Below are positions 11,701 to 23,000 of a stretch of DNA of 64,000 nucleotides, in pieces; the first letter of the stretch is position 1, and each line of letters begins with the position of its first letter. The position numbers were made by a program, and so were the translations under genes. The stretch spans positions 62,001 to 126,000 of the forward strand of contig KZ538069.1 of the NCBI GenBank assembly GCA_000934665.2, written 5' to 3'. Source of the stretch: Catajapyx aquilonaris (lineage: Eukaryota). The notes under the pieces were generated by a model that searched no databases, was not told the origin of the DNA, and saw only the letters and a program-made list of their open reading frames with translations.

Positions 11701-14002
11701 CCTTAGAGGTGGAAGGCTGCGGCGCTACCCACTCCGCCACCGTGTCGCCCATTATCTACTGTATGTTGAATGTATAATCTAAGCAGTCACAGTGTAAGAT
11801 CCATTTAAGGGCTCAGGTTACTTTGTAGTTATGTAGCAATACCCATCAATTAAAATGATGACGTACTCATGATGGATTTGTTAGCATCTTCGACAGTCAT
11901 CATTATCTTGGTTGGCACTGTAATGGCTACATCCCATTCTTTGAGGTTCTTCTTGACATGCAGACCATAACCATGGCTGCCAAATTCAGCCAAGTCCACA
12001 TTTTCTGTTAGCGCTCCATTCTCTTGTGCCCATGACAAAAACTGTTCCAGATGTTTGGACCGATCTGCCTCCTCAGGTTCCAGTTCTGAAACAAAACCCG
12101 GATGAAGTACTGTGGCATGAGACAAAAGGAACACGTACCTCTCTCTATGTTCTGAATTTTTTCCAGCAGACTTTCTATTTCCAAGTAGTCCTCCCATTCT
12201 TTGCTGGCACTGAGTCCACCTCCACAAGGTGGGGAATATGTTATACAGTCTGAAACAGTTAGGGCATCATTCAGAAAGTGTGTAGAAGATGTTACAGAGT
12301 TGTATATTATTCGATGTCAATTAAATTGAAATAGTAGTCAATGATGTAGTCATAAGCAGCCAGAAGGGCTTACCCACACACCACAAATACACTCCATGTT
12401 GTGGGCCTAATGCGAATCACCCCAAGTTGTAGTACCCAGGCCAAAGACGTCAGCCAGCAAGTCTAGGAAAATGTCCAAGGTGGGAAGGGAGTCACATCAA
12501 CATGGCTGGTTTAAGGAGGGGATATAGTATTTTTAAAAGTCATTTGGATTTGGGAGTAATTTACACCGTCATGAAATTTTAAGTGATGTCTTAATAATAA
12601 GCACCCAAAAATGCCCAAAAAATTGGTTCTCCTGACCAATAAAGCCGATTTTTATGTTTAGCTATAACCTTTCGGCAAATAATAAATTTGTCAAAATTTG
12701 ACTGATTTGAGAACTAAGCAGTTGGGAGAACCCTAATTTTCACGGTTTTTATTGTGCCTAGAGGGAATGGTCAACTGCAAACGCGACCCTTCTTTTGTGT
12801 AGGGAGGGTGGGATCAAGTGTCTCCTCTTTCGGTCCGAGTTGGAACTTGAAGAAGTCTGGATTCTCTATATGCCCCCTTTAAGACTAATCCTTCAGTCAG
12901 CTTTGAAGTGTTGTAACCTAAATGTCTGCTTATTTCATTACCCCTTCTGCCCTCCTACTAAGGACTTTTCTAACACCACTTGAGACCTGCCTTCTGGAAC
13001 AAAAACATCTGCCCCTTTAGCCTGGGTACCACATACTTGGGTGATTAGTGTTAGGCAGCACATGCACAGTATTAGGGCAACCCTAACCATTACTGGCAAG
13101 TGTAACAATAACTTCCTCTCCATGCTATGTGAACAGCCACAGAAAACTACAAAAACTAATTTTCACAAACAAGTGGTACTTTTATTTCCTTCTCTGGTTA
13201 CTGTTGTCATTTAACTGAGCCACAAAAGTGTGAAAAAAACACCTGTATTACACCAAAAATGTCATGGCACTTTCAAATCCCTTGCATTGAGCCCTCTGTT
13301 ATGCCACAAAGAATATCAGATGCACACCAAACATGGATGGTAGGTGCATATTACAACAGTAAACTGCACCAGTTTCATGAAAGTGATGAGTTATGACTGC
13401 AGAATCATGCTTATATCCGCTTATACCTATGACCCCACCCGCCTATGCAACATTGTATATATTCTGACGCCACAATGTCAGGGTGCCAATAACCACCTGT
13501 TACGCAATGCATGAAACCTTTCCTTGCCTCATTGACAGACATTGTTGATTCCCTCAGTAACCACAGCCTGCATCATGAAGCGCAAGTTTGGTGTGGATCA
13601 TACAACACTCTCTGTAGGATACAGAGAATGTGCGTAATTTTTCAATATGTTTGTTTCCAATTTCCATGCCTAACCAGAATCTTAACCTAATTGCCAAGAC
13701 ACTGGCAGGTGCAAAATGCATTGTCACATACATACAATTGTGTTTGTGACTCAACAGACTAATCGGGCAATTCTCTATCTAACATGTCAAATTTCTGATA
13801 GGCACTCACGATGCATAAGCTTCTCCACCAGATGATTGAGCTCATTTCTTCTGAGCTTGGGGAGCGACTTTACAGTACCGCCCCGGTTTTTGTTGCTGTT
13901 CGCAGCATCAGGAGTAGCTCCACTCGTGCTATCTACAGAGCTCGCCACAACTTCGGTGGGCGCGCTGGATTTGCTACTTTGTTGCCTCTTTTTCTTCCCC
14001 AT
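8715..14002 (-). CDS. SETD3: Actin-histidine N-methyltransferase SETD3, 5' part only (first 260 codons)
   Basis: Exons 14002-13810, 12249-12139, 12085-11867 and 8971-8715, all GT-AG with phases 1/1/1/0. Translation MGKKKR...KEWEDYLEIESLLEKI...FLSWAQENG...GYGL...ITVPTKIMMT...LLQNMANVTLSLFLLLEK...SFWRPYLDILP...RNIARQYAYFY matches the SETD3 N-terminus and SET domain. Downstream exons were not found in the window. Confidence 0.92.
9607..9716. mobile_element. Short hairpin MITE (family with GGTGGAATTTT..CCCACTG TIRs)
   Basis: gggttgaattttggtcccactgatagttactgctaac...ttagcagtaattagcagtgggaccaaaattccacc is an imperfect palindrome with the same TIRs as 10489-10924. Confidence 0.75.
10243..10480 (+). 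mobile_element. tRNA-derived SINE with V-domain-like core (copy 1)
   Basis: tRNA-like head with A-box-like (ggtggtgtagttg) and B-box (gagttcaatc) motifs, and core gggttttattggggttctcccgtttcctcccaca. Clearly similar along its length to the reverse complement of 11486-11750. Confidence 0.85.
10489..10924. mobile_element. MITE / non-autonomous DNA transposon
   Basis: TIRs gggtggaattttcatcccactgctatagttactgctaac and gttagcagtaactagcaatgggacgaaaattccacccc. Inserted at the tail of the 10243 SINE. Confidence 0.8.
10932..11458. mobile_element. TA-flanked MITE with CCGTATT termini (Tc1/mariner-pogo/Tc2-like)
   Basis: ta|ccgtattacctctcatattttggcacgccggt ... accggcatgccgcaatatgagaggtaatacgg|ta, with internal repeats of ccggcatgccg. 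Confidence 0.8.
11486..11750 (-). mobile_element. tRNA-derived SINE with V-domain-like core (copy 2, full length)
   Basis: Minus strand GGGCGACACGGTGGCGGAGTGGGTAGCG...GAGTTCGATCCC head and (ATT)n tail. 13-bp TSD attatctactgta at 11473-11485 and 11751-11763. Confidence 0.9.
12515..12878. mobile_element. Possible TTAA-flanked non-autonomous element (Kolobok-like)
   Basis: ttaa|ggaggggatatag ... ctatatgccccct|ttaa gives imperfect short TIRs with TTAA on both sides. Confidence 0.4.
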
Positions 14003-14350
14003 CACCAGCAACCCGTGACACCGTATTCACTAGCAGCACAAGCAGGTCCCGATACGGGCAGGCTTGTAGTAGGCTTGCACTCGTCGTGCCGACCTATCCC
14101 AAGGGACCCAAATCTATTTTGGGATAACTAACCGGGACTCTTGTCTCATACGGCTGCATTCGCACTCATGGCCACTCATGACATGTCTGCTTGACGTGAG
14201 AACAGCTGGTTGTGCCTACTACCTGTGCATGTTATTCAGGAATTTCCGCGCTCTATTCAAAATGTCTTTGAGCGATGGTCGGAACCGGTCGGAACTGGTC
14301 GGAACCTTGGCTGAGTGGTTTAGAGTTTAGACCACGACATTGCACCTTGG
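14003..14350 (-). promoter_or_regulatory. Putative SETD3 5'UTR/promoter, CpG-rich, with a 3x10-bp tandem repeat
   Basis: CpG-rich stretch upstream of the ATG at 14002; GGTCGGAAC(C/T) x3 at 14277-14306. Confidence 0.5.
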
Positions 14351-15111
14351 TGGAAATCTCGCGGACTCTTGCATCTAGTTTGAGTTGTTACAACTTTCCA
14401 ATGAAGAGAATCAAGCTCTTGCATGATGTGAGATGATTGTATAGGACATACACAAGCAATGCGAGCTGAACATCATGTTTTTAATTCCATTATTTTCTTA
14501 ACTAATGAAAAATGTGAGTCATGATCCAGCACTTACTGCTTTGGAGGAGACGATTTTCAGGAAACTTGTCAAATATATTACAACACTATTATTATGCAGA
14601 ACAAAATCGTAGCGAGAAATAAATGAGTTGGGAGTGTGATTTTTTAGCTACACATTGGAGATTGTATGAACACCAAGTGCAAGGTTTGCATAGCTGCATC
14701 ACTGCAGTAGCTAATTTTCTGGAAAATTGACGCGCCACATTGCATTACTAAAAAGTATGTGAAAGGACAAAGTGAGGCAGAAGAGCTTTTTTTTTTGTAG
14801 AAACCAGAGATTATCCTAGCAAATAAGAAATAAGCATCATGACCTGTAGGGAGGAGTCAACCAGTGCCAAGGCCAGTGAAGGTTTTCCAAAGCAGATCAT
14901 TTCCACCACCACCTACTCGTCACCATTCCAACCTGCTCCTACTCATGAACTCCATTATTTGCACAAGCCTGGAAAGTGTCCACCACAGAGAAACTGTTAA
15001 AAATCTTAAGGTCTGTGCCTCGGTCTGTGCATACAGCCACTTCTTTTGTCCATGAAAACTTTGCAAGCTCAGTTTTACATGTACTATGGGGCTCAAATTG
15101 TTTTGGCCACT

Positions 15112-15783
15112 TTATCCTGGTCTTGAAGCAACCCTTCACACACACACACACACACACACACACCCATATTATAATGTACTATCCTTGTGAGGATTTTCGA
15201 AAAATAAAAATTTAAAACTAACCTAACCTAACCTAACCTACAAAAAACACACGAAATTTTGGTGACATATATTTTGACAGTAAATATGAGGTATTTTTTC
15301 GATATTTCCCTATCCTTGTGAGGACTGTGTACCATATGAGGTCCTCAAAAAGTCCTCGTAAGGCAAGAGGTCCTCACAAGGATAGGGAAATATCGAAAAA
15401 ATTCCTCGCAAGGATAGGCAAGTCTGATCACACACACACACACTCTTGTCTTGACTAAGGCGTGGGGACGGACATTGATCACTTTTCACTGCGAGTGTAA
15501 ACTAACCTAAACTAACCTAACCTAACCTAACCTAACCTAACCTTACCTAACCTACCTAACCTACCCTAAGTAACCTAGGCTGAGAAAAATGGACTTTTGT
15601 GAAACCCTACAAATGAAAATAGTGGGGACATGTCCCCACTAATTTACACATGTCCCCACTGTAATGGTACACTTCGCGTGTGTGAGACTGTGGGGACCGA
15701 CAAATGTCCCCACAATTGGAACTGGTCCCCACAGCTACAGTAAAACCACAGACTTCCGTCCCCAGACCTTAGTCAAGACCTGA

Positions 15784-15833
<50 letters not shown>

Positions 15834-16234
15834 CTGTTCTGAATTAGCTGTGGGGACCTGAAAATGCCACTTTTCGAAGCTAGTGTAAACTAACCAAACC
15901 TAACCAAACCTAACCTACCCTACCCTACCTGAACTACCCTCCCCTCACTCACCTAGGCTGAGAAAAATGGACTTTTGTGAAACCCTACGAATGAAAATAG
16001 TGGGGACATGTCCCCACTATTTTTTTCACATCCCCACTGTAATAGTACACAGCGCGTGTTTTTTTAGTGGGGACCTGAAAATGTCCCCACAATTAAATTG
16101 TGGGGACACACGTCCCCACAGCTATAGTAAAATCACAAAAACACACAAACTTTCGTCCCCTGAGCTAATGCAAGACCTGTACACACCTGCTCAACATGGG
16201 GCCTGTGCGAAGGGTTGCTTCAAGACCAGGATAA
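15112..16234. mobile_element. Composite nest: outer hairpin element interrupted by three (CA)n-flanked TIR elements carrying (CCTAA)n tracts
   Basis: Outer inverted repeats ttatcctggtcttgaagcaacccttcacaca (15112) and tgtgcgaagggttgcttcaagaccaggataa (ends 16234). Inner units at ~15163-15428, ~15443-15785 and ~15830-16180 are separated by (CA)n. Confidence 0.8.
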
Positions 16235-16240
16235 TAAATT

Positions 16241-16324
16241 CTAAACTTCTCTAACTCGAATCTTCTATAACTCGAAGTTTTTTCCTGGTCCCATGGAGAT
16301 TTGACTTATAGAAGTTTTACTGTA
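16241..16324. mobile_element. pogo/Tigger-like MITE terminal fragment
   Basis: Repeated (ct)ataactcgaa motifs ending in tatagaagttttactg|ta, the reverse complement of a CAGTAAAAC-type terminus. Confidence 0.45.
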
Positions 16325-17066
16325 TTTGATACCGTATTAGCTGAGATTGGAAGAGCACCCTGCCGAAGGTGAGGGCCTGCCGTTTCCAACTTTATGCTCG
16401 TGGGTGTACAGTAGCAAGCATAGTGATGGACATAGTAGTGCCCCATGATTTCACTACACAACTTGTGATATCTCTGTCCAACACTATTATACTGTAGAAC
16501 ATGTAAAGATTAAGGGCATGCATTATTTTGTACTGGTATAGTCACTTACAAGCATCGCCAGTGGTTTCAGGCCATATACACTACAAGTACTCAATAAAAC
16601 CTACTTTCTTGATTACAAAGGTACTTCCATGCTTGACGTCTTATGTGGCATTCATTTACCACACATATCCATGCTCCAAATCAATTGGCTGCAATTCATA
16701 CAATTGGTTGCAAGGCTGTAGCTGTCAAACTGAACAAAGATGCCAGCTCACAAATCATGAATAACTATCCCATACATGGCTATCTTTTTATTATCATTAT
16801 CATGATCAATATTTTCACAGGCTCCCAAAAATGTTTGGGTGTACATTTTTCAAAAAAAAATCATTATAATAAACACACACACAGAACTTATCACCTGTGG
16901 TGTTGGGGGAAGGGGACGATGACAAATGTCCTACTTTGTGAAGATAATACTTGCTCAACTTTCTTACCCCAAAAAAAGGAAACACAGTAAAAGAAAAAAA
17001 TTTATCGCAATAATAACTGTCACCCAAAAAGAAAGATGGCTAAGCAGTGATGGCATGATTTGCAGG

Positions 17067-20000
17067 TCAGACGATCTCATACTTGTCAGTGAAGAAGATA
17101 GTTTCCACCGAGTGCTTGACTGGTGACTCGTTCTCCTCAAGGCTCACCACATCTACTACCTGTGAAAATGATGAAATAGTGGCCTAGTTAAGTAAGGGCA
17201 AAACATTCACAACCTAATGTATGTCAAGTAACAACTCCTAATTAAAAAGTTATTATTTACGAGTAACTTTTCAACACAATCCCTTCATTCACTGCACCAT
17301 GGTCTTATGCACAGCACATTTCTTCATATCAAACTGGCAGTTCACATGGTCAACTTGTGAAGCTGTTTCATTGTGTGTATACCTAGGTACAGCCAATGAG
17401 GGACTTGATGCTACACTGAAAAAACACTGAAAATTTTCCATTCCAGGTGATTTCTCAAGTGTGAGAAAAGACGAAGTATGATATTGCCAATGAAAATCTA
17501 ACTTGGAACCCCTCTTGCGAGCCAATCAGAATGAGTGCCAGAAGTGGAATTGTAGAATTAGCATTTACTATCTATTTTAAGAAACAGTTGTAAGCATAAT
17601 GTTTGTATCGTACTGTAAGGGTCTGTGTGTGTGTGAATGCATCAACTTCAAATACAATCCATCCATTCATTATTAGCTTAGGGTAAAACTGAGAGGAGAT
17701 AATCACCCATGCTTCTGATGCCATCAAGGTTTTTTTCCTCATGGATTGTTCCTGATGGGGTGTGTCTTAAAAGTCTCCATTGTTTTGGTTGGCATGGGAA
17801 GTTGGGAAATCAAGATGGAAGGTGGAATTACATGAATTGCAATCCTGCTGCCTGTACCTGCCTGCTCTGCCGATCTGGAGGCACAACTGTGACTTCAGGT
17901 CAAGAGCAGCACAGGGCCAGCGGGACTGACAGCCAACACAGGAATTGATGAGTCACAAGTTCAAACTTCAAAGTGAACAGAAGTTGAACAAGACCATGTT
18001 GTTGATTTGACACCTCCTCACTCCCTTTCAGATAAATGAAAACTGAACACGCCAGCCTTATTGGAGCAGGATTGATGCAAGAGGGCATTCTCGCTTTACA
18101 AGTTAACTGCTGATAAGAATTTACATTAACGCCTGCAAAACTCCCAACTAAACGAACACTTTTTCACACTAAACTAAAACAAGTTACCATACTTTTAAAC
18201 AGGACTTCATTAACATGGGTAGGGGGTCAACGCAAGAATTACTGCTCATTGGCCAACTCATATTTCTCAGAATGGTATTTCCCTGACTCACCATTTGATG
18301 AATTTCACATATTTAAGTAGTAAATAAGACTAAACTAGAAGTAGGAGTGATACTAACCGCGAGATCAGCATAGGACCTCTTGGAAACGAAGGACACTTGA
18401 ATGGGGAAGAAGTCGTTAGGCAGGCCTGGGGCAGAGAATTCCATAGCACCTGACTTGTTTGCAGCATCAACCAGTGGAAGCTGCCAGAGTAGCACTCCCT
18501 TCCTGGGCTCATGGGTGTACTCGCCATCGCATTCAGAAACCACCACGGATCCTGGGCCTGATCCTGGGCCAGTGGACAGTGGAATGGTGATACACACATC
18601 CTGAAGCTCCATCTCTTCTTGGGCCAGCTCATATTCTATGTTCACATCACATCCACCCTGTCCGTTCTCAGAAGGCCAACAGTTTACTGCAGAAAAGAAA
18701 ATGGTTAAGTAAATTTATTTATAGGACTAGACATTCACCTATTTATCAACAATAAGTGAAAATAGCATGAGAAAATATGAAATGTCTAGCCTACAGAATG
18801 GCACAACATGCATAAATTAGTATATGTATTAGGATTCTCTACTTCCTGACGCCTCCTGTCATTTTAGCTTCAGGCTCAATTTCGTTACTGAATCAAGTTA
18901 GGGAGGATGAAAGCTTCCACAAATCAGCATAACAGACATTCCTGATTTCTTACACTTTCCCCAGGGTGACTTACTAGTAAGGGGCATAAGAGAATCATCC
19001 TTGGTTTGGAATCGCCATTTGAGCACCCCAACATCAGTGTTTGTGGGGAAGGGCTTCCCAGATGATTTCAGTGCAATCCATCCCTTCTGTTTGAACAATT
19101 CTTTGTCCACATTGGGGTGAGTCTGCAGCTGAATACCCCTTCCATCATGATTCTCCATATGGACCCGGATAAGTCCAAACCTATCTTCTCCAATGCGGAG
19201 TGTCACCATGCCATGGACTTCCATGTTGTGCAGGCCACCTAACAATAATACAGTAAAAATGTCACTAAATTTCCAATAAATACGTTTATAAAATTAACTT
19301 AAAAGTACAATAAAGTGCGAGGGTACAGTATTACCTTACACGAGATAAGCAAGTAACTATTATTAGAGAGCTCTTATGCAGCTCATTTTTTTTAAACCAA
19401 TCTTCGGCTCCAAACTTGACACTCATTAACTAAGGTCAACTCTCATGGAATAATTTCATAAACTTCAATTTCCTCCCTGCATTCCAAGTTATTGGCACAG
19501 TTCCTTTCCTGTTTACAATTCCATGATCAAATGTTCAAACTCACCATCCCTTCCAGCACTGAGCTGCATCTTCTCCTCAATTCGGAGGTGCACAGGCTCC
19601 ATATCCATCTGTGGGGTGCTGGCAACACTGCTGATCTTAGATCCTGAAGATGTTACCTTGCTCCCAACCACCTCTCCTTCAGACTTGAGCTGATCCACAA
19701 AACTTTCAACATCCCTAGCCTTACTACCCAGCTTCAGTGCACGGCTGGGACCTGCTGGCTGCTTTGGGGGTGAGTATGCTGGGGGCTTTGACACCTCAGA
19801 AGTCGAGTAGCCAGATGCAGTGTCACCAACTGTTGGTCCTGCAGTGTAACCCCCATATCCAGATCCAAATCCACTTGAGGCTTTCCCCCCAATCCCACCA
19901 CCTCCCTTTTTGGTAGCCTCCATTCGTTGTCTCTGCAACTCTTTAGCTTTCTCTCGCATCTTGTTACGTGCCTCGCGCTCCTGTGTTTGGCGCACTGCTT

Positions 20001-23000
20001 GATAGACCTTCTCCTCATGCGACTCCATCTCCACAAAGGTGCGAACCTGTGCCAGATTGACACTCTCACGGTACCCCAATGCTACCACCTCATCAAATGC
20101 AAAGATGAGGTTGAATGCATTCTCAATGATCTCTGCCTCATCCATGCTCTGGCAGTATTCTGGAATCTGAAAACATAAAAATCAATTAGTGCTGCTTGAC
20201 AAAACTAAAATCCTTATACCCCACTAACACTAAGTTGTCTAATGACTTGTAACTCCTAACGTGAAAAACCAAATCCCAATCCCTTCAACGCAGAAAAGCT
20301 AAAGATTGAAACACCAACTACAGGCATGGTGCACCCTTGTTCGCTCTCTGGCGAGTCCAATATAGCACTGTCCAAATGAAGAGACTAGATCAGATTTTAC
20401 TGCCTGAGCACCTACTGCCTGATTTTTCCTCACCCTTTTCAGTGATGGGCACTTCTCTCCCATGTTTCCGTGGCAAATTTGAACTAATACCACCAGATCC
20501 TACTCCCACTACAAATATCCTTGCTGTCACCTACTTTGTGCCCAGCCTTACAATAACTAGGACCTGTTATATATGGAAAATGGAAAACCTTCTGCATTTC
20601 TTACTTGGTGACTAGATCGAACTTGATCAAGTAAAAAAGACCCATTTTTAAATAATTCCATGAGCTAGCTTTAGCTGCCAAAAGCAGTTGTATCTCACTA
20701 CAACATAATGACAAGATTGGTTGGGCTCAATTAGTTTCATCCTTACACACTGTAGCCAGTCAACTGCTCAAGTCAAAGACAATCTTACAGCATCATTCTT
20801 GTCATCAGTACCTACCACACGAGAGAAAAGCCTGAGGGTCTCCAGGTCTTCAAGGATGTTACTGGCCTTTGTCGTGATTAGCAGCATGTAGAGCTTTTCC
20901 AGTGGCTGGTACACATATCTCACCGATTCTGTCTCAACAAATGTGTGCTGTTTCCCACTGGACATGAGTTTGGGGAAAGCTGACAATAGCCCCTCAATCC
21001 TGGATTTGGTCATCTCCACAAATTGACGGGACACTATCGCCTTGCCCGCCTTTGTGCAAATGGCAGCAGCTATCAAGACCTAGGGGAACAGAAATGGTAT
21101 GTTTTACATATTGCCAAGGCAACAAAAGCTAATACAATCATTATTAGCAGTATCTGTGCCGTAATCATGCACATTATCAATATCAAGGCAGATTCTCCGT
21201 TTTTAAGGCTTTATGTTGTGAGTACTGATTAACAGCACCAAACAATTGTCACATTTCAGACGGTGTCATACAAATTCCAATTGAATATAATTTTTTTTTG
21301 CATACTGAAGAATAAGCTTATACACATAATATAATAAATATAATAAATCTATATAAGGCAAATGTTTTTTATTTGTCCCACTTCATACTGATTTTCATAT
21401 CCATTCATACAGAATGGGTGTGATATGCAACCATGTCTAGGGAAAAAATATACAGTAACACAATTTTCCAACTATTTCTACAGATGAGTAGGTGTACTCA
21501 AGTCAGCAAGTAGTTGCATGTCTGAGCAACTCAGTTCGAAATGACCTAAATAGGTGGGAAATTTAAAAAAACATTTATCAATAATCTATCAATAAAAGTG
21601 GCACATGTTTGCATGTACACTGTACTTGGCATATGGTCCATGATGAACCTCCTGTGCCTACAGGCAACATTTTTTGTTACTATGTTATTATGAGTAATTT
21701 AAACATTCTGCCAGATGGAGAATCTCTACCATTACTTCAATATGAAGTGAATAGCACCCAAAAGGATCACAAAGCCCCCACCAGTGTTAATTGATTCATT
21801 CATCCTTATGTGATTAGCAGTCAGGCTGAATGATCAAATTGAAACAATCTGGGTATCAGGGGTCGAAATATTTGGATACAAATGTGCAATTTGCACTCCT
21901 AAATTGTTATCTGCACTCCAAACTGAGCCTTGGAGTGCAAAGCTTGTACTCCAGTTGGTCCTGCTTTATGACATGGCTAAACCTAGTAATTAAAAATGAA
22001 GCACTCCAAGTAACTTGCACTCCAGAAGAAAAGTCTGGCGAGCAAACTTTGCCCCTGAACAAAAAATTTAAGATTAGACCCCCGAGGTATAGATGCCCAG
22101 TAGCTGGCAAAATACGTATATTGGCTGATGGTAAAAGCTTACACAACCAGGGTTGCAGACAAAAGGCTCATGATACCATAAAAATCGAAGTTTGAATAGG
22201 ACAATCTAGTGTGTTCTGTTTCCTGCTTCAACTTGATGGCCTTGTACTTTCTGCTAAACATTACTTCATGTTGGAATCAGGTATTTTTTCTTAGACTGTT
22301 TTAGCCTGAGTTAGCTACATGTAAAGTGTAGTTCTGACCTCTTATGTGCAGTGTAATTTTTTGATGAAAATGTGTGAGTGGTGCCTAATCTGCTGACACA
22401 AGCATTTCTAATAACCATTTTTTTTTGTAACAATAGTAACTTTATTGTCAAAGGACTCACATATGGGGTGAGGCTATTAAGGAACATTTTAATGTCTTTT
22501 ACGGGTCTTAAGTCAGAGAACCTTTTTTCTCGAGTCTGGAAAGTCATCGGTATGAAAACCTACTAAGACATGTTGGTAGGGGGAGCCACCTTAAAAGCTT
22601 ATTAAAAATTCAAGTTCTCTCCGATTCACATAAGAGTGAACCTTTTTCGATATGCACACTCCCGAGGGCTCCGTGAACCGCCCGAAAGTAGTGCCCAACA
22701 TGCCGGTCCATACTGCTCTTAACAACAAAATGTGGTTTGTGTAGCACTGCAGCTACCATATGGGCTCCACATGATAATTAGGCATTCGAATTACATATAC
22801 CAGCACTTTTTCTTCGAGAAAGTCATAGATACCAGGGACTAATTTTGCAGCGCCAAGGCTCACCGACCCATTGGGCGTATGGGTATCCAAAAAGGTTCAC
22901 ACTTATGTGATTCGGTGTGTAATATGGGCCAAACCTTCACATATTTGGACATTTTTTGGCCTAAATGATTCCTATTGTAGAAAAAAACTCCAGTTGATTT

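Noticed and set aside
15217..15240. True telomere or chromosome end
   Set aside because: The (CCTAA)n tracts are short, internal and embedded in TIR elements between genes.
15112..16234. CRISPR-like repeat-spacer array
   Set aside because: The repeats are microsatellites and inverted TE motifs with irregular spacing; the context is eukaryotic with no cas genes.
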